A stretch of 64,000 bases of DNA from Minisyncoccota bacterium (GTDB lineage: Bacteria > Patescibacteriota > Minisyncoccia > UBA6257 > GWB1-50-10). The stretch spans positions 9,594-73,593 of the forward strand of contig JBBDIH010000192.1 in the NCBI GenBank assembly GCA_040880505.1. The letters are read 5' to 3'. The first letter of the stretch is position 1, and every line of letters starts with the position of its first letter. Shown here one piece after another: positions 37,553-47,597 of the stretch. The notes under the pieces were generated by a model that was not told the DNA's origin, ran no database searches, and saw only the letters and a program-made list of their open reading frames with translations. The translations under genes and the position numbers were made by a program.

Positions 37553-38200
37553 TACAAAGTTAACCATTATATTCAGAGTTAGAGCAACTAGAAAGTGTAG
37601 TATTGCTGCTGGTAAAAATGACTTCGTTTTATAGGAAAGGAAACAAAGAAATAAACTAAAAATGGAAGCAAAAACAATTTCAATTCCAGGCTTACCTATA
37701 TGAAAAAGAGTAAATATTAAAGTCACAACCCAAAAACTATGGAGGCCTATCTTTCTAAATAAACCAAAAAACATAAATCCTCTAAATAAAAATTCTTCAG
37801 ATAAATAATAAATTAAAGAAAGAAAAACTAATTGCCATAAAAACTCTGGTAAACTCAAGTTTAGTTGATAGTAATTTTGAAAGCTTTCATTAAATGACAT
37901 TAAAAAAGCGATAGCAATAAAAATAAAAGAGAGGAAGTATATTATAAATTTACTATCTTTTATTTTAGGCCACCTAAAACCAAAAATGCTTACGTCTTTT
38001 TTAAAAAGGAAAATAATACTAAAAATAGGCACAACAAACATACCTAACACTCCCCAAAGAGCTAATAACCCTGAACTAGAGTTATTAAAAAGAGGTGAAA
38101 TTATTGGTATTTGACCTATTAAAATAGAAAATATTGATAAAAACAGTATAAATAGGGAGGAATCTATAAATTTATCTGTATATTTTTTAATTAACGCCAT
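37544..38200 (-). CDS. CPBP-family intramembrane glutamic endopeptidase (CAAX protease-like)
   Basis: Polytopic protein with the SEEFLFRG, FTLFH and LHFLVA motifs. Confidence 0.7.
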   Translation of the reverse strand: MALIKKYTDKFIDSSLFILFLSIFSILIGQIPIISPLFNNSSSGLLALWGVLGMFVVPIFSIIFLFKKDVSIFGFRWPKIKDSKFIIYFLSFIFIAIAFLMSFNESFQNYYQLNLSLPEFLWQLVFLSLIYYLSEEFLFRGFMFFGLFRKIGLHSFWVVTLIFTLFHIGKPGIEIVFASIFSLFLCFLSYKTKSFLPAAILHFLVALTLNIMVNFVLI

Positions 38201-38219
38201 ATAAATAATTATTATAAGT

Positions 38220-38228
38220 TGTTATAAT
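38220..38228 (+). promoter_or_regulatory. extended -10 promoter element (TGtTATAAT) of the T4SS-like operon
   Basis: TGTTATAAT ends 6 nt before the ATG at 38235, which predicts a leaderless or near-leaderless mRNA. No convincing -35 box. Confidence 0.4.
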
Positions 38229-38234
38229 GTTAGT

Positions 38235-39014
38235 ATGAAAAATAAGAAGATTTTAAAATCTTTGGTAATTTTATCTATTGGGGTATTAGCAAGTATTTTT
38301 ATTATAAACCAAGATAGCAATGCTGTCTCTAAAACAACCATAGAATCAAATAATTCTTCAGAGTCAAGTTTAAGTTTTTTGTCTAATAACAACAATGAAA
38401 GATCAGATCTAATAACTAGTAGTCCTAATAATCTAACAGCATACGAAAATGACGATGAAGTAACTAACAACCTAACAGATCTTTTAGCTAACAGCTTTAG
38501 TGGAAACATAGTTTCTGGAGAAGATCCAAAATCTATAGATATAGAATCATTTATTCAAGAAAGAGGCTTAGAAAATTATATGGAAGAAGCTGAATTTAGC
38601 TTAAATGATATAATTATATCTAGTGATGATTCAAAAAATAATCACTTAAGATACCTGGAAAGAATAAGAGAAATAGCAATAAATAATTTTAGTGGTTTTG
38701 AGGGTGAAGCACTAGAGATGTTACAAGCACACATAGAAAGAGGTGACTCAGAAAAAATAGAGAAAATAGTGAGCTTAATACCAAAATTTATTGATGACAT
38801 GCTTTTAGTAAAAGCACCAGAATCAATGAAAGAAGCCCACTTAACAGTAATAAATGTTTGGAGTAAAAAACTTTTTATTTATAAATCAATTTTAAACATG
38901 GAAAATGACCCTTTAAAAGCATATTTAGCCATGGAACATTTTATTAAGGTAGCCGAAGAAGATGTGGCGATTCAGTCCACACTATTAAATTACTACGAAG
39001 AATTAACACAATAA
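38235..39014 (+). CDS. hypothetical N-terminally anchored protein (T4SS-like operon gene 1)
   Basis: Signal/anchor (ILKSLVILSIGVLASIFII), an S/N-rich linker and a helical C-terminal domain. No family recognised. Confidence 0.4.
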   Translation: MKNKKILKSLVILSIGVLASIFIINQDSNAVSKTTIESNNSSESSLSFLSNNNNERSDLITSSPNNLTAYENDDEVTNNLTDLLANSFSGNIVSGEDPKSIDIESFIQERGLENYMEEAEFSLNDIIISSDDSKNNHLRYLERIREIAINNFSGFEGEALEMLQAHIERGDSEKIEKIVSLIPKFIDDMLLVKAPESMKEAHLTVINVWSKKLFIYKSILNMENDPLKAYLAMEHFIKVAEEDVAIQSTLLNYYEELTQ

Positions 39015-39015
39015 A

Positions 39016-40575
39016 ATGTTAAAAAAAATAATAACCATAATACTTTTAATATCCATAGCCACAATGGGGGTTATGCCACAAAAAGCTAATGCTATTTTTG
39101 GTGTGGCTGATATTACTATAAACCCAGAAGGTGTTGTTGGTTGGCTTACCGATGCTGCTAAGTGGTTAGCTGATGTAGCTTGGAGAACCACACTAGCAAC
39201 TCTGAAAAAAAGATTACTAGATAAAATTGTTAACGATATAATATTTTGGATACAAGGTGGATTAGAAGGCCGTCCTGGTTTTGTTGAAAACCCAGGAAAT
39301 TTATTTAGAGATGCCGCTAATGAGGCTGTTGGAGACGTGGTAACAGAGCTTGGTTATGCAAATCTCTGTAGTCCAAATACTCTTCCAAGGCTAGACGTAC
39401 AGCTAAATCAAGCTATGTTTAGCCAAAAGGTTTCTTGTACCTTAGATGACGTTTTAGATGGTTTTGAGGGCACGATAGAAAATTTTAGGGAAGATTTTAG
39501 AACAGGAGGTTGGCTTGCTTACACTGAAACACTAAAACCACAAAATAACAGATGGGGAATTGAAGTTATGGCTCAAAGTGAAGCCGAAAAAAGACAGTCT
39601 CAGCAAACATCATTAGCTCAGTATGAAGCTTCAGTTGGGAATTCATTTGTGTCAAAAAAAAGATGTACCTCATGGGAAAAAGTTGAAGGAGAATTTATAG
39701 GAACTATTGCTTCCGGAGATGGTTATTTCACAAAAACACCTGAAAATGATGATGGTGAAACTTTTAGGTACAATGGAAACACAAATAGACCAAGTGGTTC
39801 TGAGTGGAGATGTGTTGACCCTCGAACAATAACTCCAGGTAGCCTAGCAGGAGATATGGTCTCTAGTGCTATTAAGTCTGACATAGATTTTATTGTTAAC
39901 TCAGATGATCTAAGCACCTATGCCGCAGCCATAATTGATGCTGCTATAAATAAATTAGTTCAAGTTGGTTTAGATGAAATTGGACTTATAGATATAGGTG
40001 AAGTCGGCCTGGGAGCAGCAACTGATGATTGTAATGGTTTAACTGGAGATTTATTACAGGCTTGTCTTGATTATAGAGACACAATCAATGACTCTGTAGA
40101 TACTGCGAATGACGCAATATCAACAATATCTCTTACAAGATTTAATGCCATGATAGATGTTATTGAGTCTATAATTTCATCATTAGAAGTAATTGATATT
40201 GATAATAATAATATTATTGAGGGTCTTGATGAACTGCAATTATGTCAAGAAAGTGAAGGTCTTGATGTTGATGAAGACATAGAAGACTTAAGAGATGAAG
40301 CAGAAGAAAGAAGTGACCAGATAACTCAATATATTAGTGAGTTAGAAACTGTAATAGCTGACATAGAAAACATAATAAATAACCCACCAGAAAATATAGA
40401 GTTAGTTCAAGACTCGTTAATAGCTGCAATTGAAGACTCTATTAAAAACGTAATAACAGAAAATGAACTAGAAAGAATAGAAACTGAAACGTCAGAAGTG
40501 TTAAGTGATGTTAAAAATAGAGTTGATGCTTGTGGAGGCACAAATAACGATAATGATAATGATGATGAGGCATAA
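39016..40575 (+). CDS. hypothetical secreted protein with acidic coiled-coil C-terminus (operon gene 2)
   Basis: Signal peptide ending KANA-IFG, several Cys residues and a long D/E/I-rich helical tail. No family recognised. Confidence 0.4.
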   Translation: MLKKIITIILLISIATMGVMPQKANAIFGVADITINPEGVVGWLTDAAKWLADVAWRTTLATLKKRLLDKIVNDIIFWIQGGLEGRPGFVENPGNLFRDAANEAVGDVVTELGYANLCSPNTLPRLDVQLNQAMFSQKVSCTLDDVLDGFEGTIENFREDFRTGGWLAYTETLKPQNNRWGIEVMAQSEAEKRQSQQTSLAQYEASVGNSFVSKKRCTSWEKVEGEFIGTIASGDGYFTKTPENDDGETFRYNGNTNRPSGSEWRCVDPRTITPGSLAGDMVSSAIKSDIDFIVNSDDLSTYAAAIIDAAINKLVQVGLDEIGLIDIGEVGLGAATDDCNGLTGDLLQACLDYRDTINDSVDTANDAISTISLTRFNAMIDVIESIISSLEVIDIDNNNIIEGLDELQLCQESEGLDVDEDIEDLRDEAEERSDQITQYISELETVIADIENIINNPPENIELVQDSLIAAIEDSIKNVITENELERIETETSEVLSDVKNRVDACGGTNNDNDNDDEA

Positions 40576-42499
40576 AACAATAAAAATAAAAATACTGACT
40601 GTATTGACGTTGTTACTACTTCCATTAGAGGTTTTTGCTCAAGAAGGTGGTGGCTGGTTTGGTTTTAGTTGGGCTGATGCCATGGGTTCTATATTTAGAT
40701 GGCTTGGTTATATGTTTAATGCAATTTCTGGTTTTTTCTTGTGGGTAGCTGGTGCTCTTGTTGATTTTACTCTAACTCTAAATATAAACAGATTAACCAA
40801 TAATGAACTGGTTACTGTTGGTTGGGAAATATCAAGAGATGTGGCTAATTTAGGTTTTGTTCTCGTGATAATTGTGATAGCTTTTGCTACGATATTTAGA
40901 TTTAAAGATTACCAAGCTAAAACAGCTTTAAAAAATTTAATAATTGCCGCAATACTAGTAAACTTCAGCCTAGCCATTGCTGGGGCGGTAATAGATTTTT
41001 CTCATGTAATAACAAACTTTTTTTTACAAAACAGACTAGGCTTTACTAACTCATATGAACTTTCTGGAACTATGGCGACGGCTTTCGGCCCCCAAAGACT
41101 TTTATTAGATGGAGGCGAGGCAATAAATCCTAATACAGATGCTGGAGGAGCATTATCAGGGGCAAGCACAGCGGCGGTGCTCTCAATAACTGGTATGATT
41201 TTCTCTGTTGTGTTTACCTCTCTTACTGCTTTAGGGTTTTTGGCTTTAGCTATTTTACTTTTAATAAGGTTTGTTTTTATATCTTTCTTATTAATAATTG
41301 CGCCTATAAGTTGGCTTTTATTTGCTGTGCCTCAATGGAAAGGCTTATTCCAAAAATGGTGGGACAACTTTATAAAATGGTGTTTTTTCGCTCCTATTAT
41401 GATGTTTTTTATTTATTTAATAGTTTTGAGCGCAGAAGAGCTTTCTAATTTTCCAATTGATTTAGGAAGTGGTTTTGGGGGGGCGCTAGAGACAATTGTT
41501 AGTCAAGGAGCACAAATGGTTGTAATGTTAGGACTTCTAATTGGTGGTATGATGGCCTCTCTTTCTATGGCAACAGAAACGTCAGAGATGGGAAAACAAA
41601 TGGCAACAAAAGCAAAAAAAACCACACAAAAATGGGCTAAAAAGGGAGCCTCAAGAGCTCGTGATAAGGTGCTTGCTGGCGGAGTAGATAAAGAAGGAAA
41701 AACAGGACTTGAGAGATTTAGTCAGAAATATGGATCTGCTCCTCTTGTGGGTAGAGCTATCACAGGAATGTCTGGGGCGTCTTCTAAAGCTAAAGCAAGG
41801 CTTGGGAAAGACACAGACCAGACAAAAGAAAAATATAAAGACAGAACCAAGGAAGACATGGAAAACATGCTAAACAGAAGACAAGTACCTGGGTCTGTTT
41901 CACCGGCTGAAACAGCAGCAAGAGGATTAACATTCTTAGAAAAGGGAGGTAAGTTTGAAGAATTGAGACCAGCAGCCCAAAGCAAGTTAATTGACTCCGC
42001 TAAAACAACAGGGAAAGAAAAGGATTTTATGGCTTTTGCTCCAACTTTAGCCGCAGAATTTGGGAAAGAAATAAAAGACGTAATGGGATCCCTAAAGGAC
42101 TCAACAAAACTAAGTAAGGCTGCATTAGGTAATTCTCAAGTATCTCTTAATATGTCTATTCCACAAATAGATAAACTAGGGAAAGAAGGGGAGACAGAAA
42201 ATAAGGCTGCATTCTTGAATACTATTATGTCTGATCAAGGAATAGCGCCTAATACTTACAAAGAATTCAAAGCAAACGAAAAAGAGCTTGATAAATTCAA
42301 GCAAAAAATAAAGGATGCTGCTGATGCGGGCGATAAAGATAAAGTAAAAGAATTGCAAGCTCAAAGAAATGAACTAAAAGCAAAAATAAAGGATGCTAAA
42401 GAAAATCTAGAAGATAGCGCTAAAAAAGCATATAAAATATTAGAGTCAATGGGAAAAAAGGAGCACTGGCAAGATGAAATAGATAAAAAAATATCTTAA
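40559..42499 (+). CDS. VirB6/TrbL-like polytopic membrane protein (operon gene 3)
   Basis: Signal peptide (MMMRHKTIKIKILTVLTLLLLPLEVFAQEG), at least 6 TM segments and a 280-aa Lys-rich hydrophilic C-terminus. The assignment rests on topology and neighbours. The ORF-track GTG at 40505 is probably too far upstream. Confidence 0.5.
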   Translation: MMMRHKTIKIKILTVLTLLLLPLEVFAQEGGGWFGFSWADAMGSIFRWLGYMFNAISGFFLWVAGALVDFTLTLNINRLTNNELVTVGWEISRDVANLGFVLVIIVIAFATIFRFKDYQAKTALKNLIIAAILVNFSLAIAGAVIDFSHVITNFFLQNRLGFTNSYELSGTMATAFGPQRLLLDGGEAINPNTDAGGALSGASTAAVLSITGMIFSVVFTSLTALGFLALAILLLIRFVFISFLLIIAPISWLLFAVPQWKGLFQKWWDNFIKWCFFAPIMMFFIYLIVLSAEELSNFPIDLGSGFGGALETIVSQGAQMVVMLGLLIGGMMASLSMATETSEMGKQMATKAKKTTQKWAKKGASRARDKVLAGGVDKEGKTGLERFSQKYGSAPLVGRAITGMSGASSKAKARLGKDTDQTKEKYKDRTKEDMENMLNRRQVPGSVSPAETAARGLTFLEKGGKFEELRPAAQSKLIDSAKTTGKEKDFMAFAPTLAAEFGKEIKDVMGSLKDSTKLSKAALGNSQVSLNMSIPQIDKLGKEGETENKAAFLNTIMSDQGIAPNTYKEFKANEKELDKFKQKIKDAADAGDKDKVKELQAQRNELKAKIKDAKENLEDSAKKAYKILESMGKKEHWQDEIDKKIS

Positions 42500-42504
42500 A
42501 TTAA

Positions 42505-43590
42505 ATGATTACTCAAACAATAACAAAAGAATTAAAAGATTACATAGACTCAAAAGAGTTTTTCTTGGCCGTTGATGAGATAAACAAAAATGCTGAAATA
42601 TATGATGAAGGAGCAATTTCTAAAATTATATTTGACATGTTTAGAGGAATTTTCCCTGCTAGAGAACTAATAAACGAAATATCTGATAGGTTTAGTTGGG
42701 ATAAAGAATTTTCTATGTCTATAGCTAACGAAATAAAGACTCAAGTTTTTGAGCCGGTAAAATATGAAATGGAGCGCTCTGGTTTTAATTTAGACGATAT
42801 TGAAATAATAAATCCAACTCCTTTGAAAGATTTATCTATAGAGGCATTGCTTAAAAAAGTAGGAGTAGAGCCTGAGCTTAAAAAAAGTGATGAAAATAAA
42901 AAGACTAAATCAATCTCTACTAAAGACTCAGAGAATAAAGACGTACTTTCAAGTATAGAAAAAACAGGTGAAGAAACAAACATTAAATTTGAAGGTGAAA
43001 AGGACGATGAAAGTAAAGGAGTAAAAACCACATCAAAGGAAGACCCTAAACCATTTGTTCTGCACCAAGAATCGTCTGGCGATGTCTTTAATGAAATCGA
43101 AGAAAACAAGCCTTCATCACAAAGAAAAAGTTTTGGTTTTTCTTTAGGAAAATTCTTTTCTTCTAGTGACACGAATAAAAAGAAGGAGGTGCCAACCGCT
43201 AAAATAGAGGGACCCAATAAAATAGAGGAAAAAGATAAAAAGAAAACAGTTCACTACAGTGAACACAGAACAAAACTGCAAGGTGATGGCTCCGGCTTTA
43301 TAAATCTTTCAAAGGTAAATACGCCCTCAACAAATACCACAAAGAAACAAGAAAAAACCCAAGAAAACAAATCTGCATCTTCTTCTTCGCCAAAAACTAC
43401 GAGTAAACAAAGTAAAGAGCCTGACAAAAAAACTGTCCCTGCTTCGTCTTCGCCGAAGACTACAAACGAAAAAAGTAAAGCCTCAGGAATCAAGGAAGGT
43501 ATATTTACAAAAACCTCAAACAAAACAAAACAAAATGACAAAGAAGATAATTCTCCTGAAACAAAAGGTAATACAATAAATCTAAGATAA
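42505..43590 (+). CDS. hypothetical protein, globular N-terminus plus K/S/T-rich disordered tail (operon gene 4)
   Basis: About 110 aa of ordered-looking N-terminus, then low complexity with the internal repeat SSSPKTT(S/N)(K/E)(Q/K)SK. Confidence 0.35.
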   Translation: MITQTITKELKDYIDSKEFFLAVDEINKNAEIYDEGAISKIIFDMFRGIFPARELINEISDRFSWDKEFSMSIANEIKTQVFEPVKYEMERSGFNLDDIEIINPTPLKDLSIEALLKKVGVEPELKKSDENKKTKSISTKDSENKDVLSSIEKTGEETNIKFEGEKDDESKGVKTTSKEDPKPFVLHQESSGDVFNEIEENKPSSQRKSFGFSLGKFFSSSDTNKKKEVPTAKIEGPNKIEEKDKKKTVHYSEHRTKLQGDGSGFINLSKVNTPSTNTTKKQEKTQENKSASSSSPKTTSKQSKEPDKKTVPASSSPKTTNEKSKASGIKEGIFTKTSNKTKQNDKEDNSPETKGNTINLR

Positions 43591-43595
43591 TTTTT

Positions 43596-44102
43596 ATGGC
43601 AAACTTTCAGGTCCCACAATTTATAGAAGGAAAAGCAAAAATAGTTGGTCCGCTAACTATGTCTCAGTTTATATATGTTGGAATTGCTTCGGGAATCAGT
43701 GTTATAGCATTTTATACTCTTGGTTTCTTTTTGTGGGTTGTTATTTCTATTCTTTCATTGAGTTTAGGTATTAGTTTGGCCTTTGTTAAAATAAACGGAC
43801 AAGACTTTCCATCAATGATACGATCAGCTATAAATTTTTGGCAAAAACCAAAAATATACTCATGGCAAAGACAATCAGAAACAACCACATTAGATGTTTC
43901 TAGCATACAAAGAATTGAGGCGGCCAGAAGAGACATGAGTCTTCAACAAAAATTGAAGTCTGCAGCCTTAAGTATAAGCACGGGAGACTTCTCACTGTTT
44001 AGAAAAAAAAGCAGAAGCAAGCCAAAAGAAAGATATCAAGTTGTAAGACATTTAACAGGAGAAAAAAGCTTAGCTAAAAGAGTTGATTACAAATCAAGTT
44101 AA
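43596..44102 (+). CDS. PrgI-family (VirB3-like) membrane protein (operon gene 5)
   Basis: MANFQVPQFIEGKAKIVGPLTMSQFIYVG followed by two TM helices. This matches the PrgI family seen next to VirB4 in Gram-positive-type T4SS. Confidence 0.6.
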   Translation: MANFQVPQFIEGKAKIVGPLTMSQFIYVGIASGISVIAFYTLGFFLWVVISILSLSLGISLAFVKINGQDFPSMIRSAINFWQKPKIYSWQRQSETTTLDVSSIQRIEAARRDMSLQQKLKSAALSISTGDFSLFRKKSRSKPKERYQVVRHLTGEKSLAKRVDYKSS

Positions 44103-44122
44103 AGAATATATAATTAAAACTA

Positions 44123-44782
44123 ATGACTCAACAACAACCAACAGCACCAACACAAGATTTCGTAAAAGTAAAAGACATTAGAGATAGTGTTTTATACATG
44201 AAAGACGGGAGCATGAGAAAGATTCTAATAGTAAATGGAATCAACTTTGATTTAAAGTCTCAAGAAGAGCAAAATCTTATACTAGGTTCTTTTCAAAGTT
44301 TTCTAAATACACTTGATTTTTCTGTGCAGTTTTTTATACATTCAAGAAAAATAAATGTTAATTCTTATTTGGAAAAAGTAAAAGAAAAAGAAAGCGAAGA
44401 AGATAATGAACTTTTAAAAATACAAATTACTGAATATATAGAATTTATAAAATCCTTTGTTCAGGAAAACCCAATAATAACAAAAAGTTTTTTTGTTGTT
44501 GTTCCTTATTCTCCAAATATCACTGTTGATAAAGCTAAAAAAGGAATAATGGATTTTTTTAATAAGGGCAGCAAAAAAGATGAGAGAGCAGAAGGAACTC
44601 AAGAAAGCCTTCAACAGTTAGCTTATAGAGAAAATGAGGTTATATCTGGATTAGATCAAATAGGATTAAGAGCTCAATCTTTAGCTGATGAAGAGTTAGT
44701 AGAGCTTTTTTATAACTTATATAATCCAGAAATAATAGAGAAAAAAGGCTCAGAAGTACCAAAAATATCAAAAAATAACTAA
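44123..44782 (+). CDS. VirB4 N-terminal-region-like protein (operon gene 6)
   Basis: DFVKVKDIRDSVLYMKDGSMRKILIVNGINFDLKSQEEQNLILGSFQSFLNTLDFSVQFFIHSRKIN resembles the extreme N-terminal segment of long Gram-positive VirB4/TraE proteins. It stops 7 nt before the ATPase ORF. Confidence 0.4.
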   Translation: MTQQQPTAPTQDFVKVKDIRDSVLYMKDGSMRKILIVNGINFDLKSQEEQNLILGSFQSFLNTLDFSVQFFIHSRKINVNSYLEKVKEKESEEDNELLKIQITEYIEFIKSFVQENPIITKSFFVVVPYSPNITVDKAKKGIMDFFNKGSKKDERAEGTQESLQQLAYRENEVISGLDQIGLRAQSLADEELVELFYNLYNPEIIEKKGSEVPKISKNN

Positions 44783-44789
44783 ATACAAA

Positions 44790-46550
44790 ATGGATAAGAA
44801 CATAAAAATACCAAAACCCTACAAGCCAGAAGATGAAGACGTCTCTAATATAGTGGCTCCTTCAGGCCTAGAAGTTAATTCTAATTATTTAAAGATAGGA
44901 GACTACTACTCAAAAACATTCTTTATTTTTACTTATCCTAGATACCTTTCGTCTGGTTGGTTTTCTCCAATTATTAACATGGCCGAAATGATGGATATAT
45001 CAATTTTTGTTCATCCTATGGATTCTTCACTGGCAATGAAAAACCTACAAAAAAAAGTGGTCCAAATTCAGGCCGAACTAAATGAAAGAGATGAAAAAGG
45101 TTTAGTTAGAGACCCTCAACTAGAAACAGCATACAGAGACATTGAAAATTTAAGAGATTCCTTAAGACAAGGAACAGAAAAACTATTCCAGGTAGGAGTT
45201 TATATAACAATATATGCTGAAAATTTAGACAAACTATCAAAACTTGAGCAAATAATTAAATCTACTCTTGAAAGTAAACTTATATATATAAAAACAGCTT
45301 TATTTAAACAATTAGAGGGCCTTAACTCTACACTTCCCATGGCTGAAGATGATCTCTCTGTAAAAACACCACTAAACACTGGTCCTGCATCCTCTCTTTT
45401 TCCTTTTATTTCTCCTGATTTAACATCAGATGAGGGAATAATGTATGGAGTTAATATGCATAACAATTCTTTAGTTATATTTGATAGGTTTTCACTACAA
45501 AATGCTAACTCTGTTGTTTTTGCTACATCAGGAGGAGGAAAATCATACGCTTCTAAACTAGAGATAATAAGGTCGTTGATGATGGGCACAAATGTTTTGG
45601 TTATAGACCCAGAAAATGAATACCAAAACCTAGCAAACGCTGTTGGAGGCAGCTTCTTTAAAATATCACTTACTTCACCAAATCAAATAAACCCCTTTGA
45701 TATACCAATAATTCCAGAGGGTGAAGATCCCGCAAATGTTTTTAAGTCACATATTTTAAACTTAACAGGCCTTATAAAGTTAATGTTAGGAGAAATTAAT
45801 CCAGAACAAGACTCTCTTCTAGATAGAGCTATAATTGAGACTTATGCCGCTAGAGACATAACACCAGAAAATTTTGGTAAAACAAAAGAGCTGAATCCTC
45901 CACTACTGGAAGACTTACAAACCGTGCTTAAAAACACAGAAGGTGGAGAGTCTTTAGCAAGTAGATTAGAAAAATATGTAAATGGTTCTTATGCTGGATT
46001 TACAAATGCACCAACAAATATTGACGTAAAAAACAGGCTCATAGTTTTCTCTATAAGAGATTTAGAAGATGAGTTGCGACCAATAGCAATGTATATTGTT
46101 CTAAATTTTGTATGGAATTTAGTAAGATCAGAGTTAAAGAAAAGATTACTTTTAATAGATGAGGCTTGGTGGATGATGAAATATCCAGACAGTGCTTCTT
46201 TCCTCTTTGGTTTGGTAAAAAGAGCTAGAAAATATTATTTAGGTGTAACAACCATAACTCAAGATGTTGAAGATTTTATGAGATCAGAGTATGGAAAACC
46301 AATCGTTACAAACTCATCGCTTCAATTGTTAATGAAACAATCAACTTCAAGCATAAAGGCTGTTGGTGATGCCTTTGATCTAACTGAAAGTGAGAGGTCT
46401 TTCTTATTAGAATCAAAGGTAGGAGAGGGGTTGTTCTTTGTTGGTTTAAAACATATAGCTATTAAAATAATACCTTCTTATACTGAAGATCAAATAATAA
46501 CCACTGATCCAGAACAATTATTAAAGTTAAAGAAAAGCAAGAATGAGTAG
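44790..46550 (+). CDS. VirB4/TraE-family type IV secretion ATPase (operon gene 7)
   Basis: IVAPSGLEVNSNYLKIGDYYSKTFFIFTYPRYL, Walker A VVFATSGGGKSYASK, Walker B LLLIDEAWWMM and GVTTITQDVEDF. Confidence 0.85.
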   Translation: MDKNIKIPKPYKPEDEDVSNIVAPSGLEVNSNYLKIGDYYSKTFFIFTYPRYLSSGWFSPIINMAEMMDISIFVHPMDSSLAMKNLQKKVVQIQAELNERDEKGLVRDPQLETAYRDIENLRDSLRQGTEKLFQVGVYITIYAENLDKLSKLEQIIKSTLESKLIYIKTALFKQLEGLNSTLPMAEDDLSVKTPLNTGPASSLFPFISPDLTSDEGIMYGVNMHNNSLVIFDRFSLQNANSVVFATSGGGKSYASKLEIIRSLMMGTNVLVIDPENEYQNLANAVGGSFFKISLTSPNQINPFDIPIIPEGEDPANVFKSHILNLTGLIKLMLGEINPEQDSLLDRAIIETYAARDITPENFGKTKELNPPLLEDLQTVLKNTEGGESLASRLEKYVNGSYAGFTNAPTNIDVKNRLIVFSIRDLEDELRPIAMYIVLNFVWNLVRSELKKRLLLIDEAWWMMKYPDSASFLFGLVKRARKYYLGVTTITQDVEDFMRSEYGKPIVTNSSLQLLMKQSTSSIKAVGDAFDLTESERSFLLESKVGEGLFFVGLKHIAIKIIPSYTEDQIITTDPEQLLKLKKSKNE

Positions 46551-46881
46551 TAAAGAAAAAAAATTTAATGAAGCAGAGATAATAATAGGAGGGTTAGCTA
46601 CTTTGGGGGTTGATGCTGTGGCTTTTTTGTTAGACTTAACAGCAATAGGTTATATTATAGCAACTCCGCTACAGGCCTTTACTTCATTTATGACTTCTCT
46701 TTGGGCGAGCAGTAAGGGAGACTTAGAGGCCTTTAAGGCAAAAAGACAAGTGATAAAGCAAGCAAGTAATTTTCTTCCTTGGGTTCCTACTTGTTTTGTT
46801 TTTTTTGTGTGGGAAGTTGTAAAACTTAACAATCCAGAAATAGCAGGCAAGATTGATTTAACTAAAGGAAAAAAGTTGTAG
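46543..46881 (+). CDS. hypothetical small membrane protein (operon gene 8)
   Basis: 112 aa with 2-3 hydrophobic helices. It overlaps the VirB4 stop by 8 nt. Confidence 0.35.
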   Translation: MSSKEKKFNEAEIIIGGLATLGVDAVAFLLDLTAIGYIIATPLQAFTSFMTSLWASSKGDLEAFKAKRQVIKQASNFLPWVPTCFVFFVWEVVKLNNPEIAGKIDLTKGKKL

Positions 46882-46911
46882 AAAAAACTAACAAAAGCCA
46901 TAATATATAGT

Positions 46912-47595
46912 ATGAGGAAATTATTAATAATCATAGTTGTATTAACATTACTGGTTATCCCTTTTGTGTTTATTGAGGCTCAAACAACACCAAGTAGCTC
47001 TGAAGTTATAATTACATGGAAAGCAAACAACTTTTATCCTTCTAATTACCAAAACAAGGCGCCAGTAACTAGAAACTCCAGCATTGATGTGTCTTTAGAA
47101 TTAATAGAAAATCAAAGAATGGTTAATCTTTCAGGTGATGTAGTCACTTGGTATTTGGATGGAACATTTTTTATAAAAGGACCAGGAATAGACGAGATAA
47201 GCTTTGAATCAAACAAATTAAATGGTGATAGTCATAGAGTTAGAGCTATAATAGAGGGGTCCGGAAGGACAGTTGAAAGAACCATTGTTATTCCTGTAAA
47301 AAATTATGAGTCTATTATAGAGACAAGACTAAGTGGATCTTCTGTTCAATTAGGAAGTAGTTTAAATCTTACGGCTTTCCCTTACTTTTTTAATATAGAA
47401 TCTTTAAACGAGCTAAGTTTTAACTGGACTGTTAATGGAGAAGAAAGAAAAGACACAACCAATGAAATATCTTTAAATGTTGGTGCTAATCCCGATTTAG
47501 TGGGGTCAAGAATTTTAATAAATTCAACTATTATAAACCAGGCAGACCTAACAGAATCAGCAAGATCAACTAAAAACTTAACTATTACTAATTAA
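46912..47595 (+). CDS. hypothetical secreted protein with two beta-sandwich-like repeats (operon gene 9)
   Basis: Signal peptide (LLIIIVVLTLLVIPFVFIEAQ). The repeated pattern is ITWKANNF...VTWYLDG and then LSFNWTVNG. Confidence 0.35.
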   Translation: MRKLLIIIVVLTLLVIPFVFIEAQTTPSSSEVIITWKANNFYPSNYQNKAPVTRNSSIDVSLELIENQRMVNLSGDVVTWYLDGTFFIKGPGIDEISFESNKLNGDSHRVRAIIEGSGRTVERTIVIPVKNYESIIETRLSGSSVQLGSSLNLTAFPYFFNIESLNELSFNWTVNGEERKDTTNEISLNVGANPDLVGSRILINSTIINQADLTESARSTKNLTITN

Positions 47596-47597
47596 CT

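Noticed and set aside
42741-43619. Two long minus-strand ORFs (158 and 121 aa) antisense to the K/S-rich gene
   Set aside because: Their F/S/L-rich low-complexity translations are the mirror of AAG/AAA-rich coding sequence. They would also interrupt an otherwise tightly spaced same-strand operon.
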